From positions 1 through 64,000 of the IMG/VR virus record IMGVR_UViG_3300042291_001557: DNA of 64,000 nt; one strand, given 5' to 3'. This DNA comes from a virus. Position 1 is the stretch's first letter. Each line of letters starts with the position of its first letter. This document shows, in pieces, positions 9,566 to 17,382 of this stretch. Position numbers and translations under genes: made by a program. The notes beneath the pieces are model-generated. The model was not told the origin of the DNA and searched no databases. It saw only the letters and a program-made list of their open reading frames with translations.

Positions 9566-10267
9566 CTAGTCGTTCCACCATGCTGTCCATGGCTTGGCTG
9601 AGGCAGATTGTGCCTCTACGTCATGAATGCCAGTGTAAGCGACCGAGATTGTGACTTTCCCTTCATTGTTGTAGTCCGTCCAGTCCCCATCGGCGTTGTA
9701 GACGAACAACTGCAACATCTCGTCTGTGTTCATAATCGCAACATCTGCGAGATAGGTATTGGCGTTGTAATCTGTTTCATTCCAACTGCTGTTTGTGGCG
9801 TGGGCTTTGTCAATAGGTGCTACTGCGGTACTGCGAAGACTTGGTGCGGAGCCAAATATGCCACCAGATGTAGAGAATGCGCCGAATTTGCCAATTCCTT
9901 CATCTGGGTTGCCGAGCCACATTGTTGGCTTTAGGGTTTCGTCAATGTTGCCGTTATATCCTGCATCGTTGAATACAGTCATTAATTCTGTTGGGTTATC
10001 GTAAATTCCGTGCTGTGTCTTGGAGTTCTTAGACTTAAATGCCGCAAGACGCAATAGTCTTTCGGTTGTCTCAAGGTCTACGGAAATGTCTCCGCCTTCA
10101 CCGTTCAGGGTATGCCAAAGACCCCATCCGTTGCTTGGTGCCTGAGTGGTAAACCAGATTTTCTCAATCTTGACTCGAAACGGGAAAGACACATTCAAGA
10201 AAGAAGGGTCTGTTTGTCTGACCGTCCAGTCGTAGTTGACGATTGACGGTGCGATGATTCCAGACAT
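9566..10267 (-). CDS. Hypothetical beta-rich protein
   Basis: 233 aa ORF with an AGGAG RBS; its ends resemble the neighbouring 116 aa protein. Confidence 0.65.
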   Translation of the reverse strand: MSGIIAPSIVNYDWTVRQTDPSFLNVSFPFRVKIEKIWFTTQAPSNGWGLWHTLNGEGGDISVDLETTERLLRLAAFKSKNSKTQHGIYDNPTELMTVFNDAGYNGNIDETLKPTMWLGNPDEGIGKFGAFSTSGGIFGSAPSLRSTAVAPIDKAHATNSSWNETDYNANTYLADVAIMNTDEMLQLFVYNADGDWTDYNNEGKVTISVAYTGIHDVEAQSASAKPWTAWWND

Positions 10268-10306
10268 TTTGTCTCCTGCTGTTGGGTAACGTTAATATTG
10301 TGACAT

Positions 10307-10346
10307 AAAAAAACCACCCCGCCCATTAAGAGCGAGGTGGTTTTTT
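10307..10346 (-). terminator. Rho-independent terminator
   Basis: Minus strand reads ACCACCTCGC-loop-GCGGGGTGGT followed by a T run, just downstream of the 10363-10713 gene; T runs on both strands suggest it may be bidirectional. Confidence 0.8.
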
Positions 10347-10362
10347 GTTGAAAAAGTTTTAT

Positions 10363-10713
10363 TTAGCCTTCAACAACCGTGAATGCAACTGTCATGTTTG
10401 TACCGGCACCACCAGAACCAACTGCTGAAACATCAAGGCTAATAAGGTCGCCTGCAACGAAGTCTGTGTTGGCTGCTGTGAGTGTTCCTGCACCAACATA
10501 TCCTGCTGCTGCAATTGAGAAAGCTGCTGCTACATCCGAGCCAACCTTGAGGTCTGCAGTAAGTGCCGAACCTTGTGGTGCGCCAGTAACTGCGACGTAT
10601 GCTCCAGTGATTCTGCCATTGAAAGGCAAAGCTACAGATACGAGGCTTGAGGTTGAAAGGGTTCCTGGGATTCCAAGAACGATGGTTGTTGGGGCAAGGA
10701 CTGCTGTTGACAT
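10363..10713 (-). CDS. Small beta-sandwich virion/decoration-like protein (116 aa)
   Basis: ATG at 10713 with an AGGAG RBS and an upstream TATTAT; Ala/Gly/Thr/Val-rich, ends GDLISLDVSAVGSGGAGTNMTVAFTV; has its own terminator. Confidence 0.7.
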   Translation of the reverse strand: MSTAVLAPTTIVLGIPGTLSTSSLVSVALPFNGRITGAYVAVTGAPQGSALTADLKVGSDVAAAFSIAAAGYVGAGTLTAANTDFVAGDLISLDVSAVGSGGAGTNMTVAFTVVEG

Positions 10714-10874
10714 GTTTTCTCCTGTGAAGGTCGTTGTATACAAATAATAACACGAAGTGATTTTCGTTTTTTGAATTATTAAGAGAATTATTTATTGTTT
10801 GTTTATTATTAACTCATGTATTCTTGAACTTAGGTACCTACAACTCGCTGTCAGAAAGGAAAGGACGGTGGTCA

Positions 10875-10919
10875 ATGTCTAGTGGCCTAACCACGGCAAT
10901 CCGGAGATTAATTTTTTAA
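10875..10919 (+). other. Micro-ORF (MSSGLTTAIRRLIF) or small RNA with extended Shine-Dalgarno-like sequence
   Basis: AGAAAGGAAAGGACGGTGGTCA directly precedes ATG 10875; TAA at 10917-10919; followed by a hairpin. Confidence 0.4.
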
Positions 10920-10926
10920 CTTCTCT

Positions 10927-10962
10927 ACAACCGCCAGTCTCTGCAGGACAGGCGGTTGTTTG
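10927..10962 (+). terminator. Terminator-like hairpin
   Basis: ACAACCGCC-A-GTC...GAC-A-GGCGGTTGT followed by TTG. Confidence 0.55.
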
Positions 10963-11029
10963 CTGTATGGGCACTGTTTGTGGTTGTTGTACAATTGTTT
11001 TAACACAAGAGAATTGTGACCGTTATAGG

Positions 11030-11065
11030 TGAAGGTCGGGTAGGACGAGTCCTGCCCGATTTTCA
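11030..11065 (+). other. Long inverted repeat / RNA hairpin
   Basis: TGAAGGTCGGGTAGGAC-GA-GTCCTGCCCGATTTTCA pairs along its length on the + strand if G-U pairs are allowed. Confidence 0.6.
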
Positions 11066-11082
11066 TGTAGTAGGGTCTTTTT

Positions 11083-11625
11083 GTGCCTGATATAAAGCTA
11101 ATAGGACTAGACCTTTCTCTAACCTCTACCGGCGTATCAATAAATGGAAAAACTTCGATTGTTTCCACTAAGGCCAAGGGCCCTGAAAGACTTTCTTACG
11201 TAAACAAGACATTGCTCCAGATATGCCTAGACGAAGAAATCGACTGCGCCATCATTGAGGGCTACTCGTTTGCGTCACGCAACTCACAAGCCCATAGTAT
11301 TGGGGAGCTTGGTGGGTGCATTAGGATGACCTTCTGGGAATGCGGGATTGCCTACGTAGAGGTCCCCCCAACCTCCAGAGCTAAATTTGCTACTGGAAAA
11401 GGCAACGCAGGAAAGACTGAAGTCATATCTGCAATCTCTTCCAAAACAGGCATGGTTTTTTCTGGCTCTGGTGCAGATGATGAATGCGATGCGTGGATTC
11501 TTGAACAGATGGGGCTTGCATATTTAGGAAAAAGCCAATACGATTGGACGGCAACACAACTCTCTTCTCTAGAAAAGATAGATTGGTCGTCGATGGATAA
11601 TACAAAGGATTCAAGTGAAAAATAG
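11083..11625 (+). CDS. RuvC-like Holliday junction resolvase
   Basis: IGLDLSLTSTG, IIEGYSF, IGELGG, KFATGKGNAGK and DECDA catalytic motifs; TAGGGT 6 nt before the GTG. Confidence 0.85.
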   Translation: MPDIKLIGLDLSLTSTGVSINGKTSIVSTKAKGPERLSYVNKTLLQICLDEEIDCAIIEGYSFASRNSQAHSIGELGGCIRMTFWECGIAYVEVPPTSRAKFATGKGNAGKTEVISAISSKTGMVFSGSGADDECDAWILEQMGLAYLGKSQYDWTATQLSSLEKIDWSSMDNTKDSSEK

Positions 11626-11956
11626 AAACCAGCCAATTAGTCAAGTTGATATTGAGAACGAACTTCTTCGCTTATTAGGAATGCTCGAAGAAGAAACAGA
11701 AGCCTTCGAGGTTCTTGCTATAGACAACGCCAAGAAAGAAGCACTTCACAAATCAAACTGGGCCAAAGAATATCTTTCAGCAAAAGGCTCAATCAAGGAA
11801 CGCGAAGCATGGGCCGACTACAAGTTGGACGAATCTTCGTTTGATTACAAAATCTCCGAAGCTCTTGTTAAATCAAAAAGAGAAAAACTACTGTCTCTAC
11901 GAACATCGGTAGATGCAATGAGAACGCTTAACGCTAACGTAAGGCATCAAGTATGA
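11615..11956 (+). CDS. Coiled-coil protein, possibly UvsY-like recombination mediator
   Basis: 113 aa all-helical ORF with KGSIKEREAWA; next to the resolvase. Function inferred. Confidence 0.5.
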   Translation: MKNRNQPISQVDIENELLRLLGMLEEETEAFEVLAIDNAKKEALHKSNWAKEYLSAKGSIKEREAWADYKLDESSFDYKISEALVKSKREKLLSLRTSVDAMRTLNANVRHQV

Positions 11957-12759
11957 GCAATGGTATTCATCCGTCACTTATAGGAATGGCTGTTGATATC
12001 AACACGCTTCTCCCACTTGAGAAGAACCCAAGAGTTGGGGACGTTGATGCTATTACTGCTTCCTATGCCGAGTTTGGACAAGTCAAGCCAATCGTTGCCA
12101 AAAGAAATGACGACGGAACAGCGACCGTCATTGCTGGTAACCACCAACTAGAAGCCGCCAAGATTCTTGGCTGGGACCAGATTGCTGTTATCTATCTCGA
12201 AGGTGACGACTCTCGCGCCGTTGCGTTTGCGCTTGCCGACAATAGAACAGTTGAGCTTGGTTACTCTGAGCCAGAAATTCTTTACGAACTAATCAGTTCT
12301 GTCAGTGAAGACTACCCAGAACTTTTAGAAGGACTCGGTTGGGATGAATTTGAGATTGCTGAATACGAGCAAGAGGCTTACAGAAACAGCAGCGAGATGT
12401 CAACTAGCGGAAGTTATGTTCCGCCAGTACTAATCGATAGAAACACAGAGATTCAAGGCTTTGACGATGTCCCTGAATTGCGTCCACAGGAGTTCACTGT
12501 CACTAGGGATAGCGAAGGTGAGAAAAGAATCGTTGCGCCTTCGTCATCTGACCAAAACGACATAGCTGTTCGTGGTTCCACAATGGCTGCAGGTGCAGCA
12601 CAACAAGCCGTGGTTCAGTTCACGCTCGTTTTTGATAACCCTGCCCAACAGTCTCGTTGGTACGACTTTATCCGCTGGCTAAGAAGCGATGTTTCGATTG
12701 TTGGTAACACAACCGCAGAACGGTTAATGGACTTCATCGGTCAGCACTCGGAGATTTGA
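11953..12759 (+). CDS. ParB/Srx N-terminal domain protein
   Basis: NPRVGDV...FGQVKPIV...VIAGNHQLEAAK...FALADNR. Confidence 0.85.
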   Translation: MSNGIHPSLIGMAVDINTLLPLEKNPRVGDVDAITASYAEFGQVKPIVAKRNDDGTATVIAGNHQLEAAKILGWDQIAVIYLEGDDSRAVAFALADNRTVELGYSEPEILYELISSVSEDYPELLEGLGWDEFEIAEYEQEAYRNSSEMSTSGSYVPPVLIDRNTEIQGFDDVPELRPQEFTVTRDSEGEKRIVAPSSSDQNDIAVRGSTMAAGAAQQAVVQFTLVFDNPAQQSRWYDFIRWLRSDVSIVGNTTAERLMDFIGQHSEI

Positions 12760-12980
12760 TGAGTCTCTGGTCGTGGGTTTTAGGAACTCTTGGAGTTACT
12801 GGTCTATTGATTGCCGGCAACAGGGTTTGGTGGGGTTGGTTAATAAACTTTGCCAATGAAATTCTCTGGGTTGTCTATGCAGTCAAAACAAAGCAGTACG
12901 GCTTTATTCTGATGGCTGCCGCATACGCTTTGGTTTACGCAAGAAACGCTAGAAATAGCTGGAAATACAATGAGTCCTGA
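12759..12980 (+). CDS. Small three-helix membrane protein (PnuC/SemiSWEET-like half unit?)
   Basis: Trp-rich hydrophobic 73 aa protein, WWGWLI...LWVVYAV...QYGF. Confidence 0.55.
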   Translation: MSLWSWVLGTLGVTGLLIAGNRVWWGWLINFANEILWVVYAVKTKQYGFILMAAAYALVYARNARNSWKYNES

Positions 12981-13089
12981 AGAAGTAATTGAACTTGAAA
13001 AACTAATAGCCGAGCGTGATGAACTACGTCGCATCGTGGATGAACTACGTGCCGAGGTTAGTCGGCTCTCACAGATTGCAAAATACTAA
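12970..13089 (+). CDS. Small coiled-coil protein (39 aa)
   Basis: Hand-translated MSPEEVIELEKLIAERDELRRIVDELRAEVSRLSQIAKY; its stop overlaps the next ATG (TAATG). Confidence 0.55.
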   Translation: MSPEEVIELEKLIAERDELRRIVDELRAEVSRLSQIAKY

Positions 13090-14228
13090 TGACTAGACAA
13101 AGAATGTTTCTTGACATGAGTTGCATTGATGCAGCCCGCCAAAGAATAAGGCACGTATACGACACGTTTGACACGGTGTGCGTTCAGTTCTCTGGAGGCA
13201 AAGACTCCTCTGCTGTCATGTATCTTGCCAAAGAAGTTCACGAAGAACGCGGCCTCGGTCCTGTAAAAGTCATCTTCAGAGACGAAGAAATGGTGAGCCC
13301 CAAGACGATTGAGTATGTTGAGAAAGTTCGTAACTACGACTGGGTTGACATGGAGTGGTATTGTCTTCCTTACCCAGCAGAGATATGGGTTCTTGGTCAA
13401 AGAGTAACTACGGTGCTCTGGAGCAACATGCGAAAGAACCAAGGACGACTTGTAAGAGACATACCGCCTTGGGCTATCACTGGGGAAGACTTTGGACTAA
13501 CCCACGACGTTTCTCTTCCAGAACAAACCGACTACTACACCATGCAAGGCAAGAAAGGAAACGTTGCCTTTATTACCGGTGTCAGGGCGAGCGAGTCAAT
13601 GGTCCGCTATAGGTCGTGCGTTCAGAAGCTTCACGAGAACTACATCGTTACTCCTTACAAACTTAAAACTGGAATTCCGATGAAGTTTGCCAAAGTGATT
13701 TATGACTGGAATACAAATGACGTATTCAAGTTTCTAATCGAAGAGCATGGGTCCGAGTACTGCGAGTACTACGACCTCGCTGCACAGACACAAAGCAATA
13801 CAAGAATCGGTATCCCTCTTCACAGCATTGCAATTCGCAGAATTGGTGACGTAGTCGCTACGGAGCCGGAGTTCTACGACAGGCTTGTTGAGTGCTTCCC
13901 ACACATAGACGCTCAGCGTAGATGGTGGCCTGAGTTTGATATTGAAAAACTCATAAATGAATACTCCGGGCTTGGCCTAGAGGGTGCTTCAATGTTTATT
14001 GAGGACTACCTTGTTGGCGAGCGCAGGCAAATGGAAGCGAAGGCATACGTGTCCAAGTTTCGCAAAAAACATTTGGAAGACCAGCGTGGATACCCAATCA
14101 GTCTTCTAATTAGAACCCTTGTCCTAAATGAGATAGATGGTGGTTCACCTTCACCAGTTGGACCAGGGACCAGGGCCTACACAGTAAGAAACAATGACGA
14201 AGAAATGGATGCAACTTATGAAGTATGA
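13089..14228 (+). CDS. PAPS-reductase-family PP-loop protein, IbrA/YbdN-like
   Basis: VQFSGGKDS PP-loop, FRDEE, EWYCLP, GVRASES, IYDW...DVFKF. Confidence 0.85.
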   Translation: MTRQRMFLDMSCIDAARQRIRHVYDTFDTVCVQFSGGKDSSAVMYLAKEVHEERGLGPVKVIFRDEEMVSPKTIEYVEKVRNYDWVDMEWYCLPYPAEIWVLGQRVTTVLWSNMRKNQGRLVRDIPPWAITGEDFGLTHDVSLPEQTDYYTMQGKKGNVAFITGVRASESMVRYRSCVQKLHENYIVTPYKLKTGIPMKFAKVIYDWNTNDVFKFLIEEHGSEYCEYYDLAAQTQSNTRIGIPLHSIAIRRIGDVVATEPEFYDRLVECFPHIDAQRRWWPEFDIEKLINEYSGLGLEGASMFIEDYLVGERRQMEAKAYVSKFRKKHLEDQRGYPISLLIRTLVLNEIDGGSPSPVGPGTRAYTVRNNDEEMDATYEV

Positions 14229-14772
14229 AATAGAGGAAGTTGACCCATCAACGCTAGTTGTTCCATCATGGAGGGCGACCTACATACTGAGACCGGACCT
14301 TTTAGTTCTTTCTGCATCACTTACCGATTTTGGCTTTATCCAACCAATCCATGTTTCTTCAAGGACTGGAGAAATCATCGACGGCTCTGAACGTTATTTA
14401 CTGGCTACAAACGTAAAGCAAATAATGGACATAGTCGGAAGAACAATCCCGGTCATAAAGCACGACATTGGAACCATGGAAGCAATGGAAATGCATCTTC
14501 GCCTCAATAGGGGGCGAGGTTCGGTGGTTGCCAAACCAATGTCTTCGATAATTAAAAAACTCGTTAGGTCTAGGGCCGCCACCCAAAAGAGCCTGGAAAG
14601 AACGCTGTGCATGAAGGGCAATGAATATTCTTTAATGATTGACGGAACAATACTGAAGTCAAGAAATATTAAGGAATATACCTACTCAAGAGCATGGGTT
14701 CCGGTTGAGGCTCCTCCAGGAACTCTTGACAAGGGGCCAGCAATAGAGTCCCCACCAAACAGCGACAGATAG
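14218..14772 (+). CDS. ParB-like protein, IbrB/YbdM-like
   Basis: FGFIQPI...IIDGSERY...HLRLNRGRG; overlaps the end of the IbrA-like gene. Start uncertain (14194-14218). Confidence 0.75.
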   Translation: MKYEIEEVDPSTLVVPSWRATYILRPDLLVLSASLTDFGFIQPIHVSSRTGEIIDGSERYLLATNVKQIMDIVGRTIPVIKHDIGTMEAMEMHLRLNRGRGSVVAKPMSSIIKKLVRSRAATQKSLERTLCMKGNEYSLMIDGTILKSRNIKEYTYSRAWVPVEAPPGTLDKGPAIESPPNSDR

Positions 14773-14857
14773 GCCCTTGTTGGCGCGGCTATTTATTAAT
14801 AGCTTGGCGCTGTATGGTAAACTTCTTTAAAATGTTTCTCAAAGGAGTTGGCTTATT

Positions 14858-15472
14858 ATGCCTAGAGTAAGATACGGCCCGGACATTACAGACGACGCAG
14901 ACTCACTATTGCTCGATGATAGTCGAATCAAAAATCAGCTTAGAGGCGCAACTGGTCCAAAAAGGGTAAAACTCCTTAAAGAAAAGGACCTCGTAAACAA
15001 GGCAATCAAGGATGTTTTTGGTTCTAGAGCCAATGCCAGAAAATTGGCTGCAGAGTCAGTTAGACGACAGGGCTACATGTCGTCCGCGGATGCTAGGGCC
15101 ATTGGAGCCAAAAGAAACCAGAAACTCAAGGGCAAGGGACCACTTGGTCTTGCCGCTACCCCAGGCCGTGGCAGTCAGCAGATTGGTCGCAAGAAGGGCT
15201 ACAAGGTTCGTCAAGGTACAAATAACGAGGACCTCTTTAGGTCGGCAACGGCAAAAGCCAAGTCTTCTGACATCATGCGCCGCGTAAAGGCTCAGAAAAC
15301 TCAAGCTCAAAAATCCAAGAGCAGTGCTCAAAAAGCTGCCAAAAAAATTGGTGGAGCAAAGAAAGCCGCGCCGGCTAAAAAAGCAGCACCAGCCAAGAAG
15401 GCAGCAGCAGTTAAAAAAGCAGCAGTCAAGAAGGCTCCAGCCAAGAAGGCCACACCAAGAAAAAAGCGTTAA
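14858..15472 (+). CDS. Basic histone H1-like protein
   Basis: Lys/Arg/Ala-rich with C-terminal AKKAAPAKKAAPAKKAAAVKKAAVKKAPAKK; AAGGAG and TGGTAAACT upstream. Confidence 0.75.
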   Translation: MPRVRYGPDITDDADSLLLDDSRIKNQLRGATGPKRVKLLKEKDLVNKAIKDVFGSRANARKLAAESVRRQGYMSSADARAIGAKRNQKLKGKGPLGLAATPGRGSQQIGRKKGYKVRQGTNNEDLFRSATAKAKSSDIMRRVKAQKTQAQKSKSSAQKAAKKIGGAKKAAPAKKAAPAKKAAAVKKAAVKKAPAKKATPRKKR

Positions 15473-15513
15473 GTCGGTCCTTGTGACTGATTAACGCCTA
15501 ATGGAGGTATCAA

Positions 15514-16161
15514 GTGCTAGCAACCAGAGCAGACCTTATTAACTATATGGACATAAAGCTGTCCCTGCGTCAGCAGGATGCGGCCGACATGATTCTTGCA
15601 GGACTCCAATCCGAGATGGAGGCGTACCTTCGTCGACCTGTTGAGGTTGAAGAATTTGAAGAACAGCATGTTATTGAGTCAATGTTTCATGGAGTGCCGA
15701 TGGGAACCTTTCTAAGTGCCCCTTCCGGTGCCTATACCGACTCGTTCTCTGAGTCAAGCATGGTCGACAGCACAACATGGGCAACCCCTCCAAATACTGT
15801 CTATTTGCGCAACTCTCCCGTAGTTGAAGTTACATCAGTTACGGTAAAGCCGGTAGACGGTGTACTTAGGACTCTTGTGGTCGATGAGGAATACATAGTT
15901 CGTAGATTCGGAATTGACTACTTTTACGCCCTGGATGGCGACATTGTCACTGTTACTTATACTGCGGGTCTGGATGGTTCAGCCATCCCAATGTTCAAGC
16001 TCCTCATCCTGAGGGCTGCATCTAGAGAGATGCAGAACATGCACGACGATGTTGTAGGGCTTAAAGACATCACAACACGAAACGTTGGCCCCCTGGTCAC
16101 TGGATTCCTAGATACTGAACTTATGTCCTTGAGAAAGTACAGACGAAGTAGAATAGCGTAA
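15514..16161 (+). CDS. Head-tail connector/adaptor
   Basis: LATRADLINY...EAYLRRPV...LRNSPVVEVTSV...VTVTYTAG; GGAGG RBS; position in the neck region. Confidence 0.75.
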   Translation: MLATRADLINYMDIKLSLRQQDAADMILAGLQSEMEAYLRRPVEVEEFEEQHVIESMFHGVPMGTFLSAPSGAYTDSFSESSMVDSTTWATPPNTVYLRNSPVVEVTSVTVKPVDGVLRTLVVDEEYIVRRFGIDYFYALDGDIVTVTYTAGLDGSAIPMFKLLILRAASREMQNMHDDVVGLKDITTRNVGPLVTGFLDTELMSLRKYRRSRIA

Positions 16162-16163
16162 TC

Positions 16164-16637
16164 ATGTCGGGAGTCAGAATAGACGTTGAGGTCAGGATTG
16201 AAAAAGTCCAGAACCTCATTGACGACATTGGTGATAGATGCACGGACGTCAAGCCCGTGTTTCAATGGGCGCATCAAGTATTAAAGAAAACTTTTGCGGA
16301 GAACTTTGCCAGCAATGGCCTCCCTGTTGGTGGCTGGTCTCCTCTTGATGCCGAATACGCCGCATGGAAGGCTAGGGCGCTCCCAGGCAGAACAACGCTC
16401 ATTCGTAGCGGAGAGCTGTTTAGAAGCCTCTCCGAGCTCTCTGACCCCTCTGTGAACGAAATAAACAAGCTAAGCGCAACATTCGGAACTGGATTAAACT
16501 ATGCTCCGTTCCACCAGAATGGAACCCCAAACATGCCTAAGCGTCAAATTCTTTTTATTCCACAATCCTTCATTAGCGAGTTTGCAGAGAAAGTGGCAAA
16601 CTACATCGTTGAAGGCAATGAAGGGTTGACAGCTTAA
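16164..16637 (+). CDS. Virion morphogenesis (neck/tail completion) protein
   Basis: WSPLDAEY...LIRSGELFRSL...GTGLNYAPFHQNGTPNMPKRQIL. Confidence 0.8.
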   Translation: MSGVRIDVEVRIEKVQNLIDDIGDRCTDVKPVFQWAHQVLKKTFAENFASNGLPVGGWSPLDAEYAAWKARALPGRTTLIRSGELFRSLSELSDPSVNEINKLSATFGTGLNYAPFHQNGTPNMPKRQILFIPQSFISEFAEKVANYIVEGNEGLTA

Positions 16638-17257
16638 TGCCTACAGTTCCTGGATATCCGTTAATGCATGGCGCTCAGTTCGCCAAGCAGTACGTAAATA
16701 ATTATCTTTCAGAAGACATTCCCGTGAGAATCATTGATTATCGCAACGGATGGAGTGTTGATGACATTACCCTCCCAACCCCTGAAGGTTTTACAACATA
16801 CGAGCCGTTCGCTATCGACACGTGGCCCCTTGTTATCACTGTAGTTATTGCTTCTACGGCTTTTAACCGCATTGGTTTTGACGGTCCGGACCCTCTTTAC
16901 AGAGTTTCATACTCAATGCGAACCTACGTCTGGGTCAAGACGGAAGGCTCCGAAGAGTGCACAATCATGCGAGACAGGCTCACGACAGTCTTGAGGTCGG
17001 CTCTTCTCGACTATCCGTGCCTAAAAGCGTATGACGAGAGAGCATCTTTTAGGGTAGTAATTGACGAGGGTTCACTTCGTGAAGAGTTTTCTGATTTAAC
17101 ACTGCTTAAAGGCGACAGAATCATGGCTGGAGCATATATTTCCTACAATATGGAGATAGATGAGGTCGTTTCTCGTAAGCCAATTGGCATTGTGTCAAGC
17201 ATTGATTTAGAAATAGATGGCGGCGGCAACTCGGCCACGCCGCTTCCGGTTCTGTAA
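16637..17257 (+). CDS. Probable tail terminator/completion protein
   Basis: Position immediately before the sheath gene; TAATG coupling. Confidence 0.55.
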   Translation: MPTVPGYPLMHGAQFAKQYVNNYLSEDIPVRIIDYRNGWSVDDITLPTPEGFTTYEPFAIDTWPLVITVVIASTAFNRIGFDGPDPLYRVSYSMRTYVWVKTEGSEECTIMRDRLTTVLRSALLDYPCLKAYDERASFRVVIDEGSLREEFSDLTLLKGDRIMAGAYISYNMEIDEVVSRKPIGIVSSIDLEIDGGGNSATPLPVL

Positions 17258-17382
17258 TTGACTATGTCGTATTTTATTTATACAGCATTCTTTTTAACAG
17301 TTGCAATAATCAACCTCAAATCATCTGTACAATATAAACCGTTGGCGGCATTGTCACTCAACACGAACCACAGGAAGGTCTT

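Noticed and set aside
10750-11082. tRNA or known riboswitch in the largest intergenic gap
   Set aside because: No cloverleaf, T-loop or recognised aptamer consensus; only the hairpins and micro-ORF reported above.
2093-17333. Shared TTGC..-21 nt-TAnnAT spacing upstream of the protease and sheath genes as a late-promoter consensus
   Set aside because: Only two instances; it was absent at the other putative promoters I checked.
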